A stretch of DNA of 64,000 bases from Carcharhinus longimanus (GCA_030264375.1 JASCQW010000128.1:31593003-31657002); one strand, 5' to 3'; positions 12,804 to 25,647 are shown, counted from the stretch's first letter. Made by a program: numbers and translations. The notes: generated from the letters alone by a model not told the origin.

Positions 12804-13116
12804 CTGACCCAAGCGCAGTGCAGAACAGAGCCAGTCTGCTGTAACTGGAGCAGACCGAATGCAAACCAATTTGCAAAGTCCAGTTGGCAATTTGAAGCCA
12901 AATGCTGGTTGTGGCATAGTGCGTTATGGCTTGTATTCGGAAGATATCAGATGCCACTTCTACAGTGACCATGGCCATTTATCATCTTTGCGAGCTTCTT
13001 GACTGACAGGCAACTGTTCACATAAAATATTCGCACTTCCATCACTTAATTTTGAAAGTATCTGTATATTTATTGAGCTGATTTAAGTGTGGCTTTGTTT
13101 GCCTGAAAACAACTCA

Positions 13117-13420
13117 TGGCACAGTGGTTAGCACTGCTACCACACACCGCTGGGGACCCAGGTTCAATTCTGGCCTCGGGTCACTGTCTATGTGAAGTTT
13201 GCACTTTCTCCGTGTCTGCCTGGGTTTCCTAAGGGTGTTCCAGTTTTCTCCCACAGTCCAAAGATGTGTGGGTTAGGTTGATTGACCATGCTAAATTGAC
13301 CATACTGTCAAGGGATTGACAGGGTAAATGCGTGGGGTGCGGGAATAGGGCCTGGGTGGGATTGTGGTTGGTGCAGACTCAATGGCCTGAATGGCCTCCT
13401 TCTGCACTGTAGGGATTCTA
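13117..13420 (+). mobile_element. HE1-type tRNA-derived V-SINE fused to the 3' end of the GPATCH11 retrocopy
   Basis: A box tggcacagtggttagc, B box ggttcaattct, V-domain gtctgcctgggtttcc...ccacagtccaaagatg, CR1-like tail atggcctccttctgcactgtagggattcta. Confidence 0.9.
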
Positions 13421-15526
13421 TAGGTTACAGAGTTGACAAGGTTGGATTACACCTTGGTGAAAAGAAGATGAAAGCCACGAAATGGGTTCTAACTCCAAGA
13501 ATCACAACAGAGCCGAAGTCTTTCCTAGTCTCTCAAATTAATATGGGAAATTCATACTGAATTTGGCTGGTACCCCTCCACGTATAGTTTTTTTAAAAAT
13601 CAAAAATGGTTGTGGTAAATGCCACAAGCGAGTGCCTTTGCAAATATCAAACAACAATTGCTATCAGCAAATATACTAGCCCATTATGACCCCACGACCA
13701 CTCATTGTAACCTATGACATCTTCCCCTCTGCGATTGGAGAGGTATTCATCTCATCATTGAGATGATGGCACAGAAGGTCCAATCATGTACGCAGGATGA
13801 ACCCTGGCAGATGCAGTGAAGTATGCCCAGATTGAAGAAGGAGGTTTGGCCATGACGTTTGCAATGATAAAGTTCCATTAGAATGTCTACAGTTGGCATT
13901 TCACCATAGTAACCGATCACAAACCTCTGTGGGCCACTTCAAGGAAGACAAAGTGATTCCTCCCATCACATCAGCCTGGATTCAGTGCTGGATACTGCTA
14001 TTAGGTGCCTATGAATATACTTTTGAAACCCATCCAGGGAGACATATAACCAACTTGAGTTGCCTGCCACTATCCACTAGCCTACCTTCTCCTCCAAAGA
14101 TGGATGAAGTTATCATGACTCTGAACTTCATGGACACTCTGCCAGTACCTGCCAAGCAAATCCAAGCATGGGTCCAAAGGGACCCTATGTTGGTGAAACT
14201 ACATCACATTGTCCTAAGTGGTGGACCACAATGGCATCCTACGGAGGATTTGAAACCTTATCTCCTAAATATCAGGAGATGAGTATAGAAGAATGCATCA
14301 CCTTGTGGGAGCCCGAGTGGTTGTCCTGCATCCAGGCCAGTGACCGATACTTCAAGAATTGCACAATGGTCATCCAAGAATTTCTAAAATGAAAATGCTC
14401 GCATGGAACTATGTCTGGTGGCCTGGCTTAGACAGTGATATCGAAAACCTAGTCAAGTGGTGCAAAACTTGGTTGGAAAACCAAAAGGCCCCACCAGCAA
14501 CCTCATAACATCCTTGGGAATGGCCAGGGAAACACTGAGTGCAAATACATGCAGATGTTGCAGAGCCATTTACAGGCTCCATGTTTTTAATTCTCATTGA
14601 CACCTATTCAAAATGAAACAAAGTACACCGGATGGCCTGTACCATCTCTAACAATACCATAGCTAAACTCTGTTAATCGTTTAATACACGTGGTATACCC
14701 AAGGTCTTCATGACACATAACGGGACCCTGTTTACCAGCAGGGAGTTTCACATCTTCAGGAGTACAAAGTAAGACACATCCGCACACCATCCCAACACCC
14801 GTTCTCAAATGGCCTGGCTGAGTGAGCAGTCCAGACATGCAAAAGTGGCATGAAGAAAAAACCACAGGTTCTCTGGAAAAAAAATCTCAAGTTTCCTTCA
14901 TAACTATAGGACTGTGCCACGTACGAAGACAGGAATAGCCCTGGCAGAGCTGTTGATGAGCCGATGCTTCAGACTAGGCTTAGCATGGCGTTCCCAAAAT
15001 TGGATGGTAACTTTGAGCTAAAACAAGAAGCCCAGAAAAGGGGCCATGACAATTGAGACCAGTTAGAAACTTCAAACCAGGAGATACAGTCCACATGAGG
15101 AACTTCGACAACAGGTCTCTGTGGATTCCAGGAGTTATTCTTGAGAAAACAGGACCAGTGTCTTATAAAGTAAAAACCAGGTAAAAGACCTTAAGCTCGT
15201 ACATCACCTCCATTAGAGAGAATCCTCCGCAAAGGCAACTGTGTCTACGGACACACCACCATCTGCGTACTTTACACCAGCCTGTGCATGGGAAGCCCCA
15301 CCCTCTAAAAACTCTGACTTGCACATAGAGACAGAGGTGATGGACACCCAGTCAAACGTTGCCACCAAGGATGAGCTCCCATGTAGCGGCTCTTTAATGC
15401 ACTTCATAGAAGAGTCATTCACCTATCCATTACACGCCCCAAACAGACCATACAAGCAACGAAAATGAGGCCACTGACAAAGAGACAGAGAAGACTCTAT
15501 CATCATGGGAAACCTTCGGACTCGGT

Positions 15527-15540
15527 GGGGGTGGGGGGAA
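15527..15540 (+). promoter_or_regulatory. Polypurine tract
   Basis: gggggtggggggaa directly precedes the 3' LTR TG. Confidence 0.75.
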
Positions 15541-15780
15541 TGCGGTTTATAACCCCCCACAAGATCCATGGGGAATCACTGATTGATGTTTGTGTAGGGC
15601 TCGGTGAGTATGAGTTCCCTGGGTAGCAGGCAATGGTCAGCTGGAACTTCTTACCAAATATCTTATAAGGTAGGCAGGACTGGGCCCGCTGAATTGTTGT
15701 GTGAACACCACAGTGGTGGTTTTACTTTGCATTCTGTAATTAACTATGTTCCTTTTAGTCGAGCTTTCTGAATCATTACA
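15541..15780 (+). repeat. 3' LTR of the Gypsy element
   Basis: tgcgg...gaatcattaca. Diverged direct repeat of 9654-9901. Confidence 0.85.
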
Positions 15781-16100
15781 TTTCACAAAAATCAGTTCCG
15801 CATCAATTCAGTCTGCACAGCAATGATGTTGCACTGTCCCTCCCTTCAATAATGCCACTCATGTGCAGTCCTTTATACGTGAATCACTTAAATGTAATTG
15901 ATCAGAGTGGTCAGCTAATGGCCTGTGTTCTGACATATTTCATCATCATTAATTCCATTTTACCACAACATTCCTTACAAATCGCCAAGGCCTATGTTGA
16001 TTCACCGACACATTGTCTCATAACGTCTTCTCCCTTTCTACTTGCGCTCAACACTTTTCTCCAATCATTTCAATGGATTTCTTTGTCCAAGAAGAGAAAC

Positions 16101-16106
16101 TTTATT
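16101..16106 (-). promoter_or_regulatory. Candidate SRL polyadenylation signal (AATAAA), implying a 3' UTR of about 1.5 kb
   Basis: First canonical minus-strand AATAAA noticed downstream of the stop. The interval 16107-17587 shows no recognisable interspersed repeat, as expected for a UTR. Confidence 0.4.
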
Positions 16107-17587
16107 ATCTCGAACTGAATCAGGGCACTAATTATTTTCAGTTTTTTTTGTGGAGGTGGTGAGATTTCAAACTTGAAGCACCTTCTCAAATGTCACACAA
16201 TAGGACATTAGAGGGAAGCATAATGAGGATTAACTATCCGTTCTCAGATGGACAACTATGGAAGTGGCGTGGGCAAAATATAAAGGGATGCATTGAAAAA
16301 GGGAATGAAGAACAAGCTGAAGCAACAAACCAAAGTAAAATTCACCTTAGCTGTGCTGTGCAGTGAGTCTATGTTTATGCATGCATTTCACTTTTGAATT
16401 GGCTCAAGTACAGTCAAAAACTTTAGAAGGCCATCATTTAACCTGAATAACCATAAGATTACATCTCAGAGTTACAATGTCAAATTGTGTTATAGAGATA
16501 TCAGCATAGAGTACTTGCATCATGCCAATGTTTCTGGAAAAATGTAACACAGAATGCATAACGTGCACGGATAGGCCTCAGACACTTTGTATCAGTTGAC
16601 TAGCTGATCATGTTGAGCGGATCAAACAAAAGTTAATTGAAAGAAAAAAGTGAGTGGAAGAGAAATTGAGAAATAGCAACTAGCTGAATAACCTGCAAGT
16701 TTGCCAGAGCCTATAACTCTAAATACCAAAGCTGGGACATACATGAAGCTATTTAAAGTTTGTACAGATTGTGAAAATGCATTTTAAGATGTAATAATAG
16801 TTCTTTCCTAATCTGTAATGATTTCAACGACCTACCACCACATTTTATCCATATCTCTGCTGTACTCTGCACTTGCGATTTCTTAGCACAAACAACTGAG
16901 AAAAACCTGAATGGTTCAGCATGGAACCAACTATATTGGTCAGTAAGTTTCCAGACAGCCTGAATGTTTTAAAGCATGCATGCCTGTTTCAGGGTCTGGA
17001 TATAGTTGCCCTCCAGATTAATGATTCAAAATGTGGGAGGCAAGCCAAGTGAAGCTGGGTTACTTAGCTAACGAATGGGTTGTGCAAAGGTGGAAAATTG
17101 GTTTTAGACACAGCAAGCAATGATTCCTTGATCATTGTAACACGGAATAACTAATGAGGGATAGGAGCAGAATGAGATAAAAAGGTACAAGAACAAAATG
17201 TTAGCAGCAGCAAGAGTTGAGTCACCATGCTCCAAACAGGGTAGCTGTGTTAATGAAGCTCTATTCTAAACATGCACTGAGAGACACTAACCATTTGCTA
17301 TACTGCAAATAAATTAACCCTCTGAGCCCTTTATAAACCTTCTAAACGGTGTGAAAAATGACCAGGTTGGTACATCTTTGTTCATAGAATGCTAAAAAAT
17401 ATCTTGTCCTTCATCTTTTGCAATATTCATAGTATAAATTTGATAAAAGTTTTTTTAATATCCTTTAAGGTATACAACAGATGCCTGGATGCTGAAAGCT
17501 CAGTTCTCAAAGGGTTAATGAACCATGGCTTCTTGGATAGATAAGACATAAGCTATTTCACCCATAAATAATGTACAAGCTCCTTAT

Positions 17588-18249
<662 letters not shown>

Positions 18250-18349
18250 NNNNNNNNNNNNNNNNNNNNNNNNNNNNNNNNNNNNNNNNNNNNNNNNNNN
18301 NNNNNNNNNNNNNNNNNNNNNNNNNNNNNNNNNNNNNNNNNNNNNNNNN

Positions 18350-18465
18350 GAAACTCACGCAGACACGGGGAGAATGTGCAGACTCCACACAGACAGTGAC
18401 CCAGGCTGGGAATTGAACCCAGGTCCCTGGCACTGTGAGGCAGCAGCGCTAACCACTGTGCTGCT
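18350..18465 (-). mobile_element. HE1-type V-SINE head running into the gap
   Basis: aattgaacccaggtccctggcactgtgaggcagcagcgctaaccactgtgc. Confidence 0.85.
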
Positions 18466-19144
18466 CCAACGAAGGAGCGCATTGCAATAGTTGAGTTAGT
18501 AAACATACTTCTGAGAAAAGCACCAGGAATGTGAAATTAATTCAAGTGAATCAATGTGTTTTACATTAAATTAATCCCCTTTTGTTATGTCTGGCATGTT
18601 TAGTCTGCCATGTCTTTTCACTGCAGTTTCTGACTCCGTATTGTCAGGTTATTATTGAGCTGAGGGAAGGATTAAAGGTGTGATGAAGGGACTGCTAATG
18701 CAGAGGAGCTGTTGTCTATAACTTTACAGGAGAAAGAAATGAAGAAGTCCACGGAAAACAGCGTTCAGTCAACTCATTCTCATTCTCTCGGGCTGTAGTG
18801 TGTCACTGGCCACATTTCTTCTGCTTCTCCCTCACCTTCTCCTTGCGATGCCCTTGTCGCTTCCAACAACAGTCCTTTGCGCTGTGCAACATACAACAAC
18901 AAAGGAGGCTGAAATAAAAATGTTGACGGTGGCGGTGACTTTGGAAGCCAGTGGCTAAGTATGGGTATGAAATAATAGGCAACAGATCCTATTCGCAGAT
19001 GTCACACAGATTAATGCCAGTCTTCTGCTGCAGTTTCCTCGGAGGTTTTTAGTAAAGTGATGATCCATCTATGGACTAGGTAAGGCCCTCTTCTAATCCC
19101 ACGCTGAGCGGTTCTATAAAAGGGTCATACGGACTCGAAATGTT

Positions 19145-21821
19145 GGACGAAATCTTAGCAAGAAAACGGCAGAGTGCTGGTTCCAGTGTGAAAAATGGAG
19201 TGATTCCCATTGACGGCACTGGCGTGTTTTCAGGCCGAATCTTTTGCCTGATTAGTTATAATTTTCATGCTTATAAACATTGCAGCACTTCTGTTATGTG
19301 TTCCTTCTGATTCACCCAGCCTTCAATGACAAAACAGCTGCAAGCACTGGGGAGCTCCATATAAACAGCTCCCCAACACAATGAGTGCAGGGGATGGCAG
19401 CTAAATAAACGGCACCATGCTTTTCAGAGGAGCCCTCAGCCGGATGCTGCATGGAATGGAGCATTCCATTCCCCCTCAAGAAGACAGACTTCCACCAAGC
19501 CACCTGGACTTCCACCCTCATCTGGGATGCAATAGCAGCCCCGGTCAGTGCAAGCGCACTCCAGAAGAAGACGGGCTAGCAGTATTGGAAAAAGGTGAAT
19601 GATCTTCACTCAGCCAGGGTAAGTGAACCCCCTGCACTCTCCCACTGGGTCCCCTGGCGCTCCCCTCACACTCCAACCCGTCTCTCACTTAGCCACTTTG
19701 GGCTTTGCCAACACCAAGCACCAGATTCCCCCTTCCATATCACAATCACCATGTTCTGCCCCTTCTCGCTGTCACGCTTCTCACACTCCAGCTCCAACCC
19801 AAGCCTGCCACACCTCATCACCATCTTAAATGTCAGCTCTCTTAAATGAGAATGCTGACACTCTCCCTATCTGTGTTATTGCAGGAGAAACTCAACCACA
19901 ACCACAGGGCGTGAATGGGTGCAGCCTTCTGGAGTAATGCCAGAACTCCAAACCATTCCGTGTTTTTAAGGGGTGAGCCCTCGAGCTGATGGGGAGGGGG
20001 AAGACTGCACTGCTGGTGCAGTGGGGGTCAGCAGAGAAACGTGAGAATCCTTAACATCAAGTCTCAAGTGAGCAATCAGTGTTCCCTTTCCTTGCAGGCT
20101 GACCAGCAGAACAGGCCGGACCATCCTCACACCTCCTGGGATCCAGCATCTAGGGGGGACATCTCCAACCCCACCTTTGAAGCAATGTCACAGCTATCAC
20201 CCGCACCCAGCACCAACGCAGATACTCACACCTCGGTGGTCCAATACGTAGGCAGGTTTCTGGGTCACTCACTAGTGAGCACCTCACAGCTTAAGATCCA
20301 CAGAAGGCGGAGGCAGAGACGTCCCAGGGACCAGCACACAGAGGGATGCCGGAGCCAGGACTCTACTGAGCCTCTTGCCAATGACCTGCCACTGGGTTCA
20401 GTCATCCCACAGCTGAAAGCAGAGTCGCGAGCATCAGGAAGGTATGACACCAGCCTTCCTTGGACTGCAAGGCCAATTGAAAGAATCCCATTGCCTTCTA
20501 TCTGAGGAGATGGTGCTGTCACTACAGCGCTCTGAGGCCAACACGGCGAGGGTGATATTTGCAACAGACACTTTGGTGCAGGACATGCACTCCATGGTAG
20601 GAGAAAATTGACGAATCTAGAGGCACTCCTTCCAAAAGAAAGTTTTTGTTCCAGATTAGAAAAGTCATTTTCTTTGTCGCCAAAACAGAACTTGTGTACA
20701 TTGGTGCAGAGTTTCAACTGCTTGGTGCGAGTGCTGGTGGGAACCCATGAATGTTAGCCAGAGGACAGCTGCACTCCTGGATCTCACCCCAGCTGCCTCT
20801 CTCCATCCCATAGAGGAACACAGGGGCTTCCGGGAACCTAAAGGACAGTTCAGCCCAGGGCCTTCCAACCAGCAGACCCTGGCTGTCTCCAGCTCAGCTG
20901 ACAGCCCACTTCCTGTGAGAGAGACAAAGCCTCTGACACTAAGGAGGGAAGCAGTCAAACATCTGTGCTGTCAGAAAGCAGGCCTGGATCTTCAAGGTCC
21001 TGGCCCCCTCAGGGAAGCCCACCAAAGTCATCTCAAAGGAGTGTGGAAGTCAGCAGGTCACCTCAACATCAGCTGTCAATCCAAGGGGGACACATGGATA
21101 TATTGGGAGGGTCAAGGAGATTAAGAAACTGTAGGGGACATAGGTGAATATAAGCACACATGTAGATAGGTCACTATGTTGCTTTGAATATTTAGCATTC
21201 AATTTCACTTTGTTCACTCACAGAGACTCCACCCTGTCTGTTCATGCCACCATGTTTTGGGGAACAACTGCACTCGCCCTATGGCATGCGAGAATGGCAG
21301 TGCTATGTCCCTCTCACCCTCTTGCCAGTCTTCGCTAAGGAAGGGCATTCCCTCAGCAGCAACATGCGCAGGAACCAAAGAAAGGGAATACGGGAAGCCG
21401 TGCCTGCAATCCAATCTTCACAACCCTTTTAAAGCAAGGGGTGCCCCAACATGAGGGGGAGGNNNNNNNNNNAAGCCTCTCCCCGAAATGGTGATTCTGG
21501 GACTCTCACCTCAGGCCCCAGGTTGAACCTACCTGTGCCCCTCGAATCCAGTCCCCTGCACACCATGAAGAGTGCTGTCTGCTTGGGTGCAGCCTTCCAG
21601 AACCCCCCCTCAGAGATGAAGGCTTCGGGTTCACACTTATGTAGACCTGTTGTAAATGGTGCCAGCATAACGTCACACCAGTATCCGTTGAATATCCGGT
21701 GAGGGGTGAAGCCCTGGACAGAGTGTTGCTAATGACATGTGAAGATATTAAAATGACTCTTGGCTGTTCAGCAGCATGTTTCCCGCCACTCTGCTGGACA
21801 GGGGCCAGGAAGATTTGGAAC
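19145..21821 (+). mobile_element. Decayed PIF/Harbinger-like DNA transposon in the last SRL intron
   Basis: Carries a Myb/SANT-type gene remnant. Imperfect terminal inverted motifs (left aaatctt...gcagagtg, right cactctgc...aagattt). GC-richer than the flanks. Ends are approximate. Confidence 0.65.
19394..21150 (+). pseudogene. Harbinger Myb/SANT-like DNA-binding protein gene remnant (3 putative exons: 19394-19618, 19885-20040, 20098-~21150)
   Basis: MAAK*TAPCFSE...IWDAIAAPVSASALQKKTG*QYWKKVNDLHSAR|gtaagt...ttgcag|EKLNHNHR resembles the NAIF1/MSANTD-type trihelix motif (APRFS, W..IA..VS, QC.KK.NDL). Contains in-frame stops. Confidence 0.7.
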
Positions 21822-21884
21822 TTGGAAATCCACTGGGGCGAATCGTACTTTCTGGATTATGAATGCTCATTGCAAGCTCAAAGC

Positions 21885-22400
21885 GGGCAGCACAATGACA
21901 CAATGCCTCACAGCACCAAGAACCTGGGTCCAATTCCCGTCTTGGGTCACTGTCTGTATGGAGTTTGCACATTCTCCTTGTGCCTGCATGGGTTTTGTCC
22001 AGGTGCTCCAGTTTCCTCCCACTGTCTGAAAGACGTGTTGGTTAGCTGTATTGGCCATGCTAAATTTGCCCTCAGTGCATCTGAACAAGGTGTAGTGACT
22101 GGGGGAATTTTCAAAGTAACTTCATTGCAGTGTTAATGTAAGCCGACTTGTGACACTAATAAATAAACTTTAACTTTAATATGTTCTCCCCCTTTATTCA
22201 TGCATTTCCTCCGAGTGCTTCGGTTTCCTCCCAAACTGCAAAAATGGACAGGTTAGGTTGATTGTCCATGATAAATTGCCTCTTAGTGTCAGGACATTAG
22301 TGGGGTAAATACATGGGGTTAGGAGGATGGGGCCTGGATGGGATTTTTGTCAGTGCAGACTCAATGGGCTGAATGGCTTCCTTCTGTAGTGTAGGTATTC
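21885..22400 (+). mobile_element. Two adjacent HE1-type V-SINEs (21885-22160 variant tail; 22200-22400 truncated, CR1 tail)
   Basis: The V-domain occurs twice, with two different 3' tails. Confidence 0.85.
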
Positions 22401-23344
22401 TAAAATAGTCCTTCTTTAACTCTGTTTCTCTCTCCTGAAATGCTGCCAGACCTGCGGGCAGGTCCCGCTGCAGTGTTGAGTATGAATTCTCCATCTTGCC
22501 GACTCTGGTGGAGGAGAATAAGGACATTGAGTCTATCCAAAATTTTCTGTTTATAGTTCAGATTTCCAGCATTCGCAGTATTTAGCTTTCACTTAGGACC
22601 CCGATATCATTTATTCCTGCCTCTGCCTCTGTGATTCTTCACCAAATCTTCCTTCATGTGAAACAGTGAAGGAAAAATGGCCACCAGGATAAGCTTTGAG
22701 AGGTTAATCAAGGCCAACAAAGTAGTCATTGAAACTAGAAGTAATCGATGCTCAAATGTCCTTGGGAATGCATTCTACACAGCAGTAGGTGGATCCCAAT
22801 GACTGGAGAGTCCATTTACGTTGCGGTTGTTGAGCCAGTCAGTGTCTCACCAACACAGCAGGTTGTAAACCTGATGATGCCAATTGGCCCAGCTAATAGT
22901 CCAAATGACATCAGTGGTCCCGGAATAGCATGCATTCCTGCTTCCTGTGGTCACTCATAGAAACATTGAAAATAGAAGCAGGAGGGAGCCTTTAGGCCTT
23001 TCGAGCCTGTTTCACCATTCATTTTGATTATGGATGATCGTTGAGGCGCCTTGTGGTGCCTTGAGACACCAAAATGATTAGGAGTTAAAATGGCAACGAG
23101 CGCATTCATTTTGGGAACATTTTGGGCTAAGGTATAATTTTAATATCCTCCCCACAATCATGCTGGGCCAAGTAAGTTATAAACTATCGAGGTTCTATTT
23201 CTTATGTGCTTTCTCATTCTCACATTTGCTCTTCACCTCTTTCTCTCATACACCATTTTTCTCTGAATCCTGCAGATTACTTTTCCGTGCATTTCTTGCT
23301 GTATTTGAATACAGGTGTGGTGATTGTCCCTATAAGGAACAATT

Positions 23345-23705
23345 ATAGAATCTCTGTGCTATTTGGCCCATCGCATCTGCACTAACTCTCCAAAAGTGCA
23401 ACTTACGCAGGTCTATTTCCCCTCCACCCCACTCCACACTATTTCCCATAGCCATGAGCATTTATCACAGTCAATCCACCTAATCTACACATCCCTGGTC
23501 ACTAAGAGGCAATATTGCACGGTGAATTCATCTAACCTGCACATCTTTCGGACTGTGGGAGGAAACCAGTTCACCCGGAGAAAACCTACGTAGACACAGG
23601 GGGAGCTTTGCAAACTCCACTCAGACAATCACCCTATGCATGAATTGAACCCGGGTCCCTGCCGATGTGAGGTAGCAATGCTAACCACTGTGCCACTGTC
23701 CCGTC
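23345..23705 (-). mobile_element. HE1-type V-SINE
   Basis: ctaaccactgtgccac, attgaacccgggtccct, cacatctttcggactgtgggaggaaacc. Confidence 0.88.
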
Positions 23706-25404
23706 CCCATCTGCAGATGGAATCAGTCGGGATGCAGGGTGGGGGTTCACCCTGGTAAGCATGGGCTTCTGTACTCAGAGCTATCTGGGAAACTGATTGC
23801 AGCCTTTGTGTAGTTTTAACCGATTAATAAACAAGATGTGTTTTCCCTGAACTAGTGAATGAGCATATTTCCAACAGGTGACTAGTCCTTTAAGGTGAAA
23901 TAATTTCTTGAGATGCAAGAGCCACACCAGTGTAAATAATTCAGACTGACATTTGTGTGAGATAATGCAAAACCAGCCTGTTGTATGCAGCTCACATGTT
24001 GTATTGCAGCCATGTCTGTTCATAGTCAATATATGCTCCCTTCGCAAAAACGAACTTCCTAATGATAAATGGCAAAAATGGCCCATCTTCCAGCTTCACT
24101 GAATGTATCTGAGACAGAGATAGATAGGTTCTTGATTGGTAAGGAGATCAAAGGTTATGGGGAAAAAGCAGGAGAATGGGGTTGAGAAATGTATCAGCCA
24201 TGACTGAATGATGGAGAAGATTTGATGGGCCGAATGGCCTAATTCCATTCTTCTATCTTTGAGGAGAAGGGCAAAGTGAGTGTGGAAGAGAGAAATTGTT
24301 TAAAAGGGCAATCTGGAAATGTATTAAGTAGCTTCATGTGAAAAAAAAAGGCAGATTGACAAAAGACCCCCTGTCAACTGCAACTCATATGATCAGCTAA
24401 TTGCTGATAACTTTGAACTGAAATATTGAAAAGATCCCACGTAGGGATTCAGGTGGACTATCACTGTATCAGCGTACCATAGTCTTCGTCTAAAACCTTT
24501 AAGAAGCTTTTTTCTTGCTGACTCTGCGCAAGCTACATAATCAATCAAAGGTGGTTCAGATGCGATCTTCAGCCAAATGGTTAACACTGGATCTTACTAA
24601 AAGCTGTCAGGAAAGCGAACCAGGCTGTAAATTATCATCAGGTCCTGCAGAGTTTATGCAGGCTTTTAGCCCTAAGGTGAAGCTGTTGTTTATAACAGAA
24701 AGTCATTTCTGTTTTGAGACATGGTGAGAGAGCCTGTGTTAATTCTGAATGTCACTTCCATAATTAAACGTGTTTTGTCTGGAGCAGATACAGGGTGGGT
24801 TATCTACTTAATTAGATGCAAAACTCCTCAGACATACGTAAATTCTTCAAATAATTAATTACTCACAACTATTGTTGCCATTTCCAAGTGATTATTCATC
24901 AATTGAAGTAACACCTTGGTGAATTAATTAAAACAAAGCTTTTCAGGCACAGAAAACAAGGTGAACTTGAAAGAGACTGATCGTTATTTACAAGTCACTG
25001 CTTTACCTCCTTCTTTCTGGCTTTCCTGTTTCCCTGTGATCTTCTGACAGAATTTGATTTCTATGCTTTGAATGGATTAGGGCATGGACACGGATCAGAA
25101 ACCACCGACATTGCCACAATATCATCATCTGATAGTTTTCTGCTCTGAAATTCCAACATCACTGGAGATCAAGAAAGAAAACAAATGCACTCGTGTTACA
25201 CCTTTCATAATCTCAAGATATCTTAAAGTACTTTATAGCCAATGAAATAGTTTTGAAGTCACTTTTGTAATGCAAGAGTCTCAGTTCCACAAAATCAATG
25301 TTGACAAGTCTTGTTGTGCTGTCTGAGCTGTTATGTTTTGTAAACCAACGCATCTCTGTGTAGTGTGGAGACATCATTACAGGCATTTGGGAAATTTTCC
25401 TCAC

Positions 25405-25645
25405 CCATAGAATCCCTACAGTGTAGAATGAGGCCATTCAGCCCATTGAGCCTGCATCAACAACAGTCCCATCCAGCTAGCTCCACATATTTACCTTGCT
25501 AATCTCCCTGACACTAAGAGGGTAATTTAGCATGGCCAATCAACCCAATCCGCACATCTTCGGACTGTAGGAGGAAACTGGAGCATCCGGAGGAAACCCA
25601 TGCAGACACGGGGAAAATGCACAAACTCCACACAGACAATGACAC
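25405..25645 (-). mobile_element. HE1-type V-SINE, 5'-truncated, back-to-back with a CR1
   Basis: catagaatccctacagtgtag tail, V-domain, ending at cacacagacaatgac. Confidence 0.85.
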
Positions 25646-25647
25646 AG

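Larger units (their letters stand above)
9654..15780 (+). mobile_element. Decayed full-length Gypsy/Ty3 LTR retrotransposon (Mag-like), interrupted in RT
   Basis: Two LTRs, PBS and PPT. gag-like LFGKLESYDAGMKDW...YFFVANGIE (~9975-10070); protease MKVDTRAA (10851); RT GDYKLMIN, LDRYSLP, YLDD (11705-11716); RNase H YAQIE, FTIVTDHKPL; integrase LHNGHP..KMK..VWWPGLDSDIE, HPWEWP, LILIDTYSK. Order is PR-RT-RH-IN, with many stops and frameshifts. Confidence 0.93.

Noticed and set aside
13117-13190. tRNA genes at SINE heads (also 4190-4255, 23640-23705, 46811-46880)
   Set aside because: A/B boxes continue into V-domain and LINE tail, and there is no intact cloverleaf.
9649-15785. Target-site duplication for the Gypsy element
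   Set aside because: Flanks (taaac / tttca) do not match. The element is too old, or its ends are slightly misplaced.
18250-18506. ORF-track proteins joining MPGTWVQFPAW... to the SRL C-terminus
   Set aside because: The N-terminal part is an HE1 SINE. The frame is bridged only by Ns.
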